From Mobula hypostoma (Eukaryota), in the NCBI RefSeq assembly GCF_963921235.1, contig NC_086097.1, positions 254,388,001-254,452,000 on the forward strand: a stretch of 64,000 nt of DNA, written 5' to 3'. Positions 25,141-38,900 of this stretch are shown here, in pieces (the first letter of the stretch is position 1; the number at the start of each line of letters is the position of its first letter). Position numbers and translations under genes: made by a program. The notes under the pieces are model-generated. The model worked only from the letters and a program-made list of their open reading frames with translations, searched no databases and was not told where the DNA came from.

Positions 25141-25369
25141 CCTGTTATTGTGGTAAAAAGCAGCATGTTTAAAGAACACTGTGGAAGTAAATTTAAGGCA
25201 AACGTGATAAAGATCTTCACTTCCAGAATGCTAAGAGATTGGCAAACGCACCAGCTGGTGTCACTCAAACACATCCTGGAGGGCACTCACGTTGAGGATG
25301 ATAGGGAAGGAGGATCATTGAAGTGTTCCTTGCCCTTGGACAAAGGATCATTTCCATGACAGCTTCAGC

Positions 25370-28170
25370 AAAGGCTGCAGAATTAAAAAGGGTAGCAAAT
25401 ACGGTGCTCAAAGTGTTATATCTCAATGCACGGAGTATAGGAAATAAGGTGGATGATCTTGTCGCACTATTATAGATTGTTGGGTATAATGATGTGGCCA
25501 TAACTGAATCGTGGCTGAAGGATGGTTGTAGTTGGGAGCTGTAAGTCCCAACATTACAACTTCCAACTTACACATTGTACCGGGAGGTAGGCAGAGGGGG
25601 TGGGGTCTCTGCTGGTAAAGAATGGCATCAAATCAATGGAAAGATGTGACATAGGATCAGAAGATGTTGAATCCTTGTGGGTTGAGTCAGAAACTGTAAG
25701 GGTAAAAGGACCCTGATGGCAGTTATATACAGACCTCCCAACAGGAGCTGGGACATGAACCACAGATTGCAACAGAAAATAGAAAAGGCGTGTCAAAAGG
25801 ACAATATTATGACAGTCATGGGAGATTTCAGGTCAACATGCAGGTCAATTCGGAAAATCAGGTTGATAATGGATCTCAAGTGAGTGAATTTGTTGAATGT
25901 CTACGCATTGGCTTTTTACAGCAGTTTGTCAGATTGGGTGTTATGTAATGAACTGGAGGCCATTAGGGAACTTATGGTAAAAGAACCTTTAGGAGACAGT
26001 GATCACAATATGATTGAGTTCAACTTGATATTTGATAGGGAGAACATAAAGTCTGATGTAGCAGTATTTCAGTGGGGTAAGGGAAATTACAGTGGTATGA
26101 GAGAGGAGTTGGCCAAAGTAAATTGGAAGGAGCTGCTGGCAGGGATGTCAGCAAGGCAGTAATGGCGTGCGTTTCTGGGGAAAATGAGAAAGGTGCAGTA
26201 TAGATGTATTCCAAAAATGAAGGAATACTCAAAGGGCAAAATAATACAACTGTACAACAAATAGTACAATAAGGGAAGTCAAAGAGGGCATACAACAAAG
26301 CAAAAATTTGTGGGAAGATAGAGGACTGGGAAACTTTTAAAATCCTACAGAGCAACTAAAAGAATCATTAGGAGGAAAAAGATGAAATGTGAAAGCAAGC
26401 TTGCAAAGTGGATAGTAAAAGCTTTCTCAAGTACATAAAAAATAAAAGAGAGATGAGAGTGGATATGGGACCGCTAGAAAATGAGGCAGAAGAAATCATA
26501 ACGGGGGACAGGGAAGTGGCAGATGAACTAAATGAGTATTTAGCAACAGTCTTCACTAGCAGTGTGCCAGATGTTGAAGGGTGTGAGGGAAGAGAAGTGA
26601 GTGCAGTTACGATTACAAGGGAGAAGGTGCTCAAAAAGCTGAAAGACCCAAGGGTACAGAAGTCATCTGGAGCAGATGAACTGCACTCTCAGGTTCTGAA
26701 AGAGGTAGCGGTAGAAAATATGGAGGCATTAGCAGTGATCTTTCAAAAACCATTGGACTCAGGCATGGTACCAGAAGACTGGAAAAATGCAAATGTCACT
26801 CCACTCTTTAGGAAAGGAGGAAGGCAGCAGGAAGGAAATTATAGACTAGTTAGCCTAATCTCAGTGGTTGGGAAGATGTTGGTGTCAATTGTTAAGGATG
26901 AGGTTATGGAGTACTTGGTGACACAGAACAGGATAGGACAAAGTCAGCATGGCTTTCTTAAGGGAAAATCTTGCCTAACAAACCTGTTGGAATTCTTTGA
27001 AGAGATTACAAGTAGGATGGATAAAGGGGATGAAGTTGATGTTCTATATTTGAACAATCAAAAAGCATTTGACAAGGTGCCACACATGAGGCTGCTTACC
27101 AAGTTGAGAGCCCTTAGTATTAAAGTTACTGGCATGGTTAGAGCATTGGCTGATTGGTAGGAGGCAGCGAGTGGGAATAAAAGGATTCTTTTCTGGTTGG
27201 CTGCCAGTGACTAGTGGTGTTCTGCAGGTGCTGTTGTTGGGACCACATTTTTTATACTGTATATCAATGACTTAGATAGTAGAAATGCAAGTTTGTAGAT
27301 GATATGAAACTTGGTGGAGGGGCAGGTAGTTTTGAGGAAACAGGTAGGCTGCAGATGGACTTAGACAGATTAGGAGAATGGGCAAGAGAGTGGCAAATGA
27401 AAGACAATGTTGGAAAATGCATGGTCATGCACTTTGGTAGCAGAAATAAATATGCAAACTATTTTCTAAATGGGGAGAAAATCCAAAAACCTGAGATGCA
27501 AAGGGACGTGGGAGTCCTTGTGCAGAAGGCCCCGCCCCGAGGTTAACCTGTAGGTAGAGATGGCCGTGAGGAAAGCAACTGCAATGTTAGCATTCATTTC
27601 CAGAGGTCTAGAAGACAACAGCAGCGATGTGATGCTGTGGTTTTGTAAGGCACTGGTGAGACCTCACCTTCAGTATTGTGAACAGGTTTCAGAGGAGGTT
27701 CACAAGGATGAATCCGGGAAAGACAAGAGTTATCATACAAGGAATGTTTGATGGCTTTGGGTCTGTACTCTGGAATTTAGAAGTATGAGGGTGGTTCTCA
27801 TTGAAACCTTTCGAATGTTGAAAGGCCTAGACAGAGTTTCCCATGGTGGGGGAGTCTAGAACAAGAGGGCACAGCCTCAGGATAGAGGGGCATCCATTTA
27901 AAACAGATGTGGAGAAATTTCTTTAGCCAGAAGGTGGTGAATTTGAGTAATTTATTACCACAGGCAGCTGTGGAGGCCAGGTCATTGGGTGTATTTAAGG
28001 CAGAGCTTGATAGGTTTTTGATTGGACATGGCATCAAAGGTTATGGAGAGAAGGGTGGGGACTGGGGCTGAGGAGGGGAAAAAAGGATCAGCCATGGGTG
28101 AATGGCAGAACAGACACAATAAGCCAAATGGCCTAATTATGTTCCTAAGTTTTATTGTCTTATGATCTTA
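25370..28170 (+). mobile_element. Degenerate CR1 ORF2 (APE + RT) with 3' UTR
   Basis: LYLNARSI, GDSDHNMIEF, QHGFLKGKSCLTNL, KAFDKVPH; many stops and frameshifts. Confidence 0.88.
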
Positions 28171-28639
28171 TTGACACTGTGATAATAAAATGACTTTTTT
28201 TGAACCTTGTTCCCTGGCCTGATATAAACAAACTCTAACTGTTCTGCCTTCTGTGCAATTGATTTATGTTTTTCTCTGTGATTAAGTATATTCAACTTTT
28301 ATTCTGACATTAGAATTTACGGGTCTGTATTAGATCACGGACAGGTACATGGAGCTTAGAAAAATGGAGGGCTATGGGTAATTTCTAAAGCAGGGACATG
28401 TTCGACACAGCTTTGTGGGCTGAAGGGCCTGTATTGTGCTGTAGGTTTTCTATGTTTCTGTGAAAGTCAGCCAGTACGAGAACAACTCAGAATTCAGAGG
28501 GCTCTCTCCCTGCTATCAGTGTAACAACATTATAAAACCACAGTCAATCTATCAGGGGTTGCTCTTCCTCCTTTACCTTCCCCCGAAACCATGGGAACTG
28601 ACCAGGCCGTTTTGATCCCAGAGTGACTGTCTGTCTTAC

Positions 28640-28746
28640 CTTCTTATCTTACTGAGGGTCAACTTGATATGGGGAAACTTTTCTCGGAAGGTTTCATTCA
28701 TGTCCTTTTTAAGATCAGAGGGTTTGACATATTCAATCACTGTAGT
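28640..28746 (-). CDS. CABLES1: CABLES1 internal coding exon (107 nt), not in the ORF track
   Basis: Minus strand tttctgtttag|ACTACAGTG...ATAAGAAG|gtaaga; encodes [35 protein letters not shown](S). Confidence 0.95.
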
Positions 28747-28859
28747 CTAAACAGAAAAGAAACACTGATTTAGCATTAGATGTAACCATGGCTTCATGAA
28801 CTACCAATCAAATGTGCATTTCTTGACAAGAACATCAACAAGTCTATGAGTCACAGAAA

Positions 28860-30620
28860 ACCACAGGACAGAAACAGGCATAGGAGCAGAATTAGGCCAC
28901 TTGGCACATCGATTCTGCTCTGCCATTCAATCATGGCTGATCTTTCCTCCCCCTCCTCAGCCCCACTCCCCGGCCCTCTCCCCATAACCTTTAATGCCCT
29001 GTCCAATCAAGAACCTATCAAGCTCTGCCATAAATACACCCAAAGACCTGACTTCCACAGCTGCCTGTGGTAATAAATCCCACAATTCACCACCCTCTGG
29101 CTTAATAAATATCTCTCTGTCTCTGTTTTAAATGGACATCCCTCTATCCTGAGGCTGTGCCCTCTTTTTCTTTCCACATCTGTTCTGTCTGGGCCTTTCA
29201 ACATTTGAAAGGTTTCAGTGAGATTCCCCCCCCCCATCCTGTTAAATTCCAGTGAGTACAGACCCAGAGCTTTCATATGTTCCTTGTATGACAACTCTTT
29301 CATTCCTGAATTCATCCTCATGAACCTCCTCTGAACCCTCTCCAATGCCAGCACATTCTTCTTAAATGAGGAGCCCAAAACTGTTCACAATACTCAAGGT
29401 GAGGCCTCACCAGTGCCTCATAGAGCTTCAACATCACATTCCTGCTCTTGTATTCTAGACCTCTTGAAATGAATGCTTGCATCTTCAGAAACAGCTCTAT
29501 TTCTACCTTTATTATCTTATTTGTCCTTTTCAGGGTTGTTTTGAAGACCCTGACCTGGAGTTACACGCAGGCTTCAGTTCTTTGCGGGAATGGGACCCGT
29601 TCTCAGGGTTCCACGGCCAGCCATTATTCGACATGCCAAGGGTTTGGCCTGAGAGTCTCGATCGTGTTAGGAAGCCTATGATCTCAGGGCTCTGGAGATG
29701 GGCAGATCGAGGGTCGGTGTCATGGCTGGAGACTCATGTGTAGTCGGGGAGGCCGGAAAATCTTTCGCTGTGGGCCCGAAGATCCGAGGTCTTTGCGATC
29801 TTCGGACACAGAGCTCAAAAAAAGCGACAAAACGGATTTTTAAGATCGTAAACCACGGGTTGTTGAGTCTCCCGCCCACTGTGAAAACGGGGAACACCTC
29901 CCTCTCCCTTGCCGGGAAGAGAGAGAACCTGTGGTTTGTCGAATTTGGATGAAATGCAAAGCTTTTAGGGTACCTTTAGTCTGTGTCTTTGCTATAGCTT
30001 AGCACATGCTTAGGCTTGGTGATGGTACCGATGCGCGTTTATTTTTGCTGGTGGGGGGAGGAGGGATTGTTGCTCACTACCACTTACGTGTGGGAGTGGG
30101 GAGCTGGGGGGGACTTGGGGTCTCATGTTTAACTGTCGTTCATTCTTTGGGACACTTCTCTGTTTTCGTGGATGTTTTGCGGAAGAAAAATCATTTCAGG
30201 ATGTATATTGTATACATTTCTCTGACATTAAACTTGACCTTTGAACATTGCATTTGCCTTTCTCACCACTGACTCTACGTGCAAGTTAACCTTTAGGAAA
30301 TCCTGCACAAGAACTCCCAAGTCCCTCTGCATCTCAGTTTTCTGCACTTTCTCCCCATTCAGAAAATTGTCCGCAGTTGTTTCTTCCACCAAGGTGTATG
30401 GCCATGCATTTTCCAACATTGTATTTCATTTGCCACTCTTTTGCCCATTCTCCTAATCTGTCTAAGTCCTTTTGCAGTCTACCTGTTTCCTCAATTCTAC
30501 CTGCCTCTTCACCCACCTTCATCTCACCTACAAACTTGGCAACAAATCCATCTATTCCATGATCTATACAGCATAAAAAGCAATCCCAATCCCAAACCCT
30601 GCAGAACACCACCAGTCACT
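28860..30620 (-). mobile_element. Degenerate CR1 3' half interrupted by an unrelated ~760-bp repeat (about 29480-30245)
   Basis: ERVQRRFMRM and DGFVAKFV...LGEWAKEWQMKYNV; the CR1 sequence gaaatgaatgc|aacattgcatttgcc is split by the insert. Confidence 0.75.
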
Positions 30621-30719
30621 GAATTAATCTGCCTAGTCCCGCTGATTCACATGCAGACCAAAACTCTCCCTACCCCTTCCATCCGTATTTCTCACAAATG
30701 CTGAAATCAAACTCAAATG

Positions 30720-31085
30720 CACCACTTCAGCTCACCACTTGTTCCACACTCTGATCACTCTTTGAGCAAAGTTTCCCTTCATATTCCCCTAAAACAGTTC
30801 ACTTTCCCCCCTTAACTCCTGATCTCTCGTTCTAGTTGCTCCCAACCTCAGTGGAAAAAGCCTGTTTGTATTTACCCTATCTATACCCCTCATAACCCCT
30901 CTATCAAATCCTCCTGCAGCCAGGAATACAGCCTTAACCTATTCAATTGTTCCTTATAACTCAGGTCCTCCAGACCTGGCAACATCCTTGTAAATTTTCT
31001 CTGTACTATTTCAACCTTGTTTACATCTTTCCTGTAGAGAGGTGACCAGAACTGCACTCAGTACTCCAAATTAGGCCTCGAAACA
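30720..31085 (-). mobile_element. CR1 3' fragment
   Basis: Reverse complement of RPNLEY*VQFWSPL-type sequence. Confidence 0.7.
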
Positions 31086-31089
31086 TCTA

Positions 31090-33043
31090 ACAGTGAGAAT
31101 GGGGGAGAACAGACATTGAGAATGGGGAGAACAGGCACTGAGAAATTGGGAGAGCATGGAGAATGGACGTTTAGAAGATGGGGACAGCAGACACTGACAA
31201 CTGGCAAGTTACACTGAGAATGGTGGGAACAGACACTGAGAACGGGAATGAATGGGCACTGGCACTCAGAATGTGGAGAACAGACACTGAGAGTGGGAGA
31301 GAACAGACACTGGGAATGGTGGACAACTGGCACTGAGAACCCGGGAGAACAGAGAATGAGAACGTGAGATAAAAGACACTGAACACAGGGGACAACAGAC
31401 GGAAAGAGAGACACTGAGAACAAATCGTATGGACGGGGGAGAACAGACCCTCTGAAAATGGGGACGTCAGACACTGACAACAAGGACAACAGACACCGAC
31501 AACGGGGTCGACAGACACCGACAACGGGGACGTCAGACACCGACAACGGGGACGTCAGACACCGACAACGGGGTCGACAGACACCGACAACGGGGACGTC
31601 AGACACCGACAACGGGGTCGACAGACACCGACAACGGGGTCGACAGACACCGACAACGGGGTCGACAGACACCGACAACGGGGACGTCAGACACCGACAA
31701 CGGGGTCGACAGACACCGACAACGGGGTCGACAGACACCGACAACGGGGACGTCAGACACCGACAACGGGGACGACAGACACCGACAACGGGGTCGACAG
31801 ACACCGACAACGGGGACGTCAGACACCGACAACGGGGTCGACAGACACCGACAACGGGGACGTCAGACACCGACAACGGGGACGTCAGACACCGACAACG
31901 GGGATGTCAGACACTTAGAATCGGGGGAACAGACACGAAGAACGGGGAGGACGGACAGTGTTAATGGCGGAGAACAGGGAGTGAGATCGTGGGAGAACAG
32001 ACATGGAGAATGGGGCAGAATAGTTACTGAGAATGGGAGAGACACTCACCGAAACCCAGGAACAGAAACTCAGAATGGGGGGGGGGGGGCAAGAGTCACT
32101 GAGAACATGGTACTGAGAATAGACACTGACAATGGGAAAGAATAGACACTAAAAATGGAGATGGACAGACACTCTTTACTGGGAAGAATAGACACTGAGA
32201 TTGGGGGAAAACAGGCACAAAGAGACACTGACAATGGGGGAGAGAAGACTGTGATATTGAGAGAACAACCACTGAGAACAGGGGTATAAAACACTGAGTA
32301 AAGTGGGGAACAGACTCTGAGAACAGGGAGAGATACACAGAACAGAGGAGAGCAGACACTGAAAACGAGGGAGAACGAGCACTGAGACACTGAAAACGGG
32401 AAAGCAGACATTGAGATCGGGGAGAATCTAGACTCTTAGAACAGGGTGTGAAGAGACACTGAGAAGAGACAATAAGAAAAATGGAGAACAGACAGTGAGA
32501 AAAGGGGACAACAGCCACCGAGAATGGGGAAAAACAGACACTGTGAACCGAGAGAACAGACACTGAGAACGGGGAGAACTGGCACAGAGAATGGGGAGAG
32601 CAAACACTGAGAACGGTAGAGCAGACACTGAGAACGGGGAGAGCAGACACTGAGAACGGGGAGAGCAGACACTGAGAACGGGAGAACAGACACTGAGAAC
32701 GGGAAGAACAGACACTGAGAACGGGAAAAACAGACACTGAGAACGGGGAGAATAAACACAACAGGGAGAACAGACACTGAGAACGGGAGAACAAACACTG
32801 AGAACGGGGAGAACAGACACTGAGAACGGGGAGAACAAACACTGAGAACGGGGAGAACAAACACTGAGAACGGGGACTCTGAGAATGGGGGAAAGTGGAC
32901 AATGAGAACTGAGAGAACAGCCACTAGAAACTGGAGAGAACACACTAAGCACGGTGAGAACAGGAACTGAGAACGGGGGATAACACTGAGAACAGGGGAG
33001 AACAGACACTGAGAACACGAGAAAGTGGGGAGAACAGACACTG
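31090..33043. repeat. Degenerate ~22-bp minisatellite (CAGACACTGAGAACGGGGAGAA) with a homogeneous core at 31490-31907
   Basis: Purine-rich repeat visible throughout; core unit CAGACACCGACAACGGGG(ACGT/TCGA). Confidence 0.92.
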
Positions 33044-33289
33044 GTCAACATCCTGTTCAGGAAACCAGCAAACTGATCTTGTTGGTTCCAGCAGTCTGTG
33101 GTCCGCATCCTACAAAACATCAGAGTCTTTTGGGCAACACAAACTACTAGAACTCAGCAAGTTAACAGTTGACGTTAAAGGTCTTATCACAAAACAATGA
33201 CTTTCTGTACATTTCCGTCGACGCTGTGACCTGCTGAGTTCCTCCAGTATTTTGTGTGTTTTGCTCTGGATTTCCAGCATCTGCAGAGT

Positions 33290-35220
33290 CCAGCAGAAGA
33301 GGACAAAGGGCTTAATTAGGAAAGGGAAAAGAGATTATGAGAGAAAACTGGCAGGGAACATAAAAACTGACTGTAAAAGCTTTTATAGATATGTGAAAAG
33401 AAAAAGATTGGTTAAGACAAATGTAGGTACCCTACAGACAGAAACAGGTGAATTGATTATGGGGAGCAAGGACATGGCAGACCAATTGAATAACTACTTT
33501 GGTTCTGTCTTCACTAAGGAGGACATAAATAATCTTCCAGAAATAGTAAAGGACAGAGGGTCCAGTGAGATGGAGGAACTGAGGGAAATACATGTTAGTA
33601 GGGAAGTGGTGTTAAGTAAATTTAAGGGATTAAAGGCAGATAAATCCCCAGGGCCAGATGGTCTGCATCCCAGAGTGCTAAAGGAGGTAGCCCAAGAAAT
33701 AGTGGATGCATTAGTGATAATTTTTCAAAACTCTTTAGATTCTGGACTAGTTCCTGAGGATTGGAGGGTGGCTAATGTAACCCCACTTTTTAAAAAAGGA
33801 CGGAGAGGGAAACCGGGGAATTATAGACCAGTTAGCCTAACATCGGTGGTGGGGAAACTGCTAGAGTCAGTTATCAAAGATGTGATAACAGCACATTTGG
33901 AAAGCGGTGAAATCATCAGTCAAAGTCAGCATGGATTTCTGAAAGGAAAATCATGTCTGACGAATCTCATACAATTTTTTGAGGATGTAACTAGCAGAGT
34001 GGATGGGGAGAACCAGTGGATGTGGTATATTTGGATTTTCAAAAGGCTATTGACAAGGTCCCACACAGGAGATTAGTGTGCAAACTTAAAGCACACGGTA
34101 TTGGGGGTAAGGTATTGATGTGGATACAGAATTGGTTGGCAGACAGGAAGCAAAGAGTGGGAATAGAGTGGGACCTTTTCAGAATGGCAGACAGTGACTA
34201 GTGGGGTACTGCAAGGCTCAGTGCTGGGACCCCAGTTGTTTACAATATATATTAATGACTTAGATGAGGGAATTAAATGCAGCATCTCCAAGTTTGCGGA
34301 TGACATGAAGCTGGGTGGCAGTATTAGCTGTGAGGAGGATGCTAAGAGGATGCAGGGTGACTTGGATAGGTTAGGTGAGTGGGCAAATTCATGGCAGATG
34401 CAATTTAATGTGGATAAATGTGAGGTTATCCAATTTGGTGGCAAGAACAGGAAAACAGATTATTATCTGAATGGTGGCCGATTAGGAAAAGGGGAGGTGC
34501 AACGAGACCCGGGTGTCATTGTACACCAGTCATTGAAAGTGGGCCTGCAGGTACAGCAGGTGGTGAAAAAGGCAAATGGTATGCTGGCATTCATAGCAAG
34601 AGGATTCGAGTACAGGAGCAGGGAGGTACTACTGCAGTTGTACAAGGCCTTGGTGAGACCACACCTGGAGTATTGTGTGCAGTTTTGGTCCCCTAATCTG
34701 AGGAAAGGCATCCTTGCCATAGATGGAGTACAAAGAAAGTTCACCAGATTGATTCCTGGGATGGCAGGACTTTCACATGATGAAAGACTGGATCGATTAG
34801 GCTTATACTTGTTGGAATTTAGAAGATTGAGGGGGGATCTTATTGAAACATTTCAAATCCCAAAGGGATTGGACAGGCTAGATGCAGGAAGATTGTTCCC
34901 GATGTTGGGGAGTTCCAGAATGAGGGGTCACAGTTTGAGGATAAAGGGGAAGCCTTTTCGGACTGAGATTAGGAAAAACTTCTTCACACAGAGAGTGGTG
35001 AATCTGTGGAATTCTCTGCCACAGGAAACAGTTGAGGCCAGTTCATTGGCTATATTTAAGAGGGAGTTAGATATGGCCCTTGTGGCTAAAGGGATCAGGG
35101 GGTATGGAGGGAAGCTGGTACAGCTGAGTTGGATGATCAGCCATGATCATACTGAATGGCGGTGCAGGCTCGAAGGGCTGAATGGCCTACTCCTGCACCT
35201 ATTTTCTATGCTTCTATGCA
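33290..35220 (+). mobile_element. Young 5'-truncated CR1, RT region and 3' UTR
   Basis: KSPGPDGLHPRVLKE, YRPVSLTS, QGSVLGP, KFADD. Confidence 0.92.
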
Positions 35221-35589
35221 GAATCTCTTGTGTTTAGAGTACCTTGGGATCTTTCAGCTGAATTCTGTTCTGATGAAGGGTCACATACCCAAAACGTTTA
35301 CGGTTTCTCCTTCCCCAGATTCCGAATGGCCTCCTGAGCTCTCCTAGCATTTTCTAATTTTTTACCCAGACTTCCAGCATTACCAGTATTTTTTTGGATT
35401 TTTATTCATAATTTTACAGTTGTTCTGGGTAAACAGTGTCATGGGTAAACAAAGCCAATGTTATTAGACAAACATTATGTGACACAGATAGACAGACACA
35501 CATACATACAAACACACACACAGACACACATACGCACAGACAGAGAGACACGCACTCTGTCAGTTTCTGAATTTGTACTTTCAACCAAT

Positions 35590-35910
35590 GCTGCTTCACT
35601 GCGAGGTTCAGAAATGGTTAATACCTATTGACCATCAGGCTTCTGAACCAGCGAACACAACTTCACTCACCTCTTCATGGAACTGATTCTCACTTTGAAG
35701 AACTCTACAACTCATGCTCTCTGAATTACTTATTTAGTTTTTTCCTATTTGCACAGTTTGTCTTCTTTGTATATTGGTTGTATCACTTTTTGTGTGTGAT
35801 TTTTCATTGATTCTATTGTATTTCTTTGGTCTACTGTAAATACATGCAAGAAAATGAATCAGTATTTTGACATATAATGTATGCACTTTGATAATGAATT
35901 TTCTTTGAAG
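35590..35910 (+). mobile_element. Rex-Babar-like 3' end
   Basis: aggttcagaaatgg...accatcaggcttctgaac (TIRLLN) followed by an AT-rich UTR. Confidence 0.5.
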
Positions 35911-35980
35911 TTTCCAAAAGTGGGTAGACACAGCAGCATCACAATGGCATTCCATTAGCATAGAGGTATACTCAGAAATT

Positions 35981-38900
35981 TCCTGGGATCTCTCTTCGGT
36001 CGCTAGATGGATTAGGTCACATTTTGGCTTTGCTCCATTCATTTTTCAATCTTCTTACCACCCTTCTACTATCTATATCAAAGTGTTTATAACACTTTTA
36101 TATGCTTGAATTTTGATTTTTAATCAATGGAATTGACCACCAGAGGAAAAAAGCCATTAGCTGAAGGCAGGGAAGCCAGTAATGGAAATGGAAAGAAAGA
36201 AGGTGTTTTTGAACAGCCTGAACAGTCTCAACTTACTCTGGAGGCTATCTCGAAGCTCTTGGATGATAAATTTGATACAAGATTTGCTACTTTGGAAGTA
36301 TTGTTAAAGGAGATCGAAGGTAGATTGGCAGTACTTAAGCAGGAGAGCCAAAAACAACAACGACAAATTTCTGAACTCGTTGAAGCTGGGAGACAGAGAG
36401 ATCGCAGGCTCGATCTATTGGAAAAGAAATTAACTTCAACCACTCAAACACTGGAACAGTATGAAGTCAAGACTATTGATTTGGAGAGTCATAGTCGGAG
36501 ACAGAATTTGCGAATAATAGGACTCAGTGAAGACGTTGAGAGCAGTGTCCTTACTAAATTCTTTTCTCAATTTTTAATGGAAATGTTCGGTTCCGATGTT
36601 TTTTCTTCTCCCCCTATACTCGATCGCGCTCACTGGTCTTTAAGAGTTAAACCCCTAAGGAGTTGAAACCCTGACCTGTGATACTCCGATTTCATTATGT
36701 GCATACTAAGGAGCATTTGATTCGAATTGCTCGTCAGAAAGGGGTTATTGTGCATGGACATCTCAAGTTTCGTCTGGTTGAAGACTACAGTCCTGAGGTA
36801 ATGCAAGAAACATCGCTTTTTAAACTGGTGATGTCTGAATTATATCAAAGAAATTTCTGACCAGCTCTGCTATTTCCAGCTCGCCTAAGGGTTGGTCTGC
36901 CTGAAAAATCGCGTAAATGTTTTAAATCCATGGATGAAGCACATCAGTTTCTTGAGGATCAAGGTCTGAGCTCAGATGTCTAATAAATTTGCTGTTTCTT
37001 CATGTTTGTATTCATTTGACTTATAAATTGGTGATGTCCGAGCTCTATTAAAGGAAGTTCCAAACAGTTCTGCTATTTCCAGCTCACCTCAGGGTTGTTC
37101 TGCCTGATAAATCACGTAAATGGTTTAAATCCGTGGACGAAACTTATCAGTTCCTTGAGGATCAACGTTTGATCTCAGCTGTCTAATAAATTTACCATTT
37201 TCTCATATCTGTATTCATTTGTTTATAAGTTAATAACCAGTTCATAGATTTGGACTTTTAAAGTTTGAAGAATTTTGCCCTTGGTTTGATAATGCTCGTA
37301 CTTTTGGAGTATGGATATTCATCATGCTTTTATGTTAAAGTTCCTTTTTCTTTCTCTCCCTTTAATATTTTATTCTATTATAATTAAGAATCTGATTTGG
37401 TGATTGATTTTTTTTCTTGAAATATTAATAAGATTGTATTTCGTTTCACTTTCCAAGATCTTGCCTTTCAAAATGTTTTGCAAACGGCTGTTTTTTTAAC
37501 ATTTGTTTGGTGCTTGTTATGGCATTCTCTTCTCAATGTTTTGACTGCCGGTGGTATTTTGAATTCTTTTTTCATTGGAGGCTAGCCTTCAAGAGAGATG
37601 GGGGTAGGGAAATGTCTAGATAGCTTTCTGGCTGTCTATTGGCCAGATTTCAGGCTTTTTTTTCGGTGGGGGTGGGCTATTTTTAGTTTAGTTTTTTCCA
37701 TCTGGGCTGATCTGAAACTACAAATATGTCTGAATTGTCGTTACTTCCAGTTTCTCTTTAAACTTTTTTCCCTCTTCCTGTTTCATGAGTTTCCTACGCA
37801 GTAAGATTAACCCTTTACATACCACATGGTTTATTCAAGTACAATGGATAATATCATTAACTTTGTTTCATGGAATACGAATAGTTTGAATCATCCAATT
37901 AAACGGAAGAAGGATTTTTAAGGTTTTTCATAGATTGAATGCTCAGATTATCTTTGCCCAGGAGACTCATGTAAGGAAGGAGGATAATCAGCGTTGTTTT
38001 AGGTTTTGGAAGGATAAACAATTTCACTCTAATTCACAGGATAAGGTGCAAGGAGTCTCAATTTTTATAGATTCCTCGATCTCATTTGTCCACTATGAAA
38101 CAACTTCAGACCCGAATGGTAGACTTCTGTTAATTATTAGTTTATTTTATAATCAAAAGTTGTTACGTTAATATCTAGATACTGATTATCCTGAATTCTT
38201 TAAGCCTTTATTTGCATCTCTTCCTAATTTAAATTAATATACATTGATAATGGGCGGAGATTTTAACTGTTGCCTGAATCCCTCGATGGACAGGTCTGCG
38301 CCCAGTCAGTTACTTCCAAACAAATCCGCTATTTTTATGAACTCCTTTTTAGTTGACTCCAGAATTTGAGAAGTTTGGAGGTTTTTACATCCTAATGATA
38401 AAGAGTTCTCATATTTTTCTCATGTATATCATAATTACTCCAGAATTGACTACTTTTTCATTGACTCTCGACTAGTTCATCTGTTACAGCCTATGAGTTC
38501 GATGCAATAGCCGTCTCTGATCATCCGCCCCTGAAACTATCAATCAAATTAACTGATATAACAATAGCCGTTCAATTCTACTCTGCTTCAGGACTTACAT
38601 TTTGTTAACTTTATTAAAGAACAGATTGCCTTTTTCTTCTCAACTAATTTTACGGAAGAAATTTCCAGTGGGATATTATAGGACACTTTTAAAGCATATA
38701 TCCGTAGGCAAATTATTTCATATTCTGCTGGATTGAAAAAATGAATTAATAATGAAGTACGTACATTGGTTGATAAGATTAAAGAAACTGATAAAAAAAA
38801 ATTCTGTCACTCCTAATTTGGAGCTTTACAAAAAGAGAGTGGAACTTCAGATGCAACGCAGTTTATTATTAACATCCCCAATTAAAAATCAATTACTTAA

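Noticed and set aside
31058..33120. Cys/Ser/Val-rich and RHRQRG repeat ORFs
   Set aside because: Overlapping translations of the 22-bp minisatellite in several frames.
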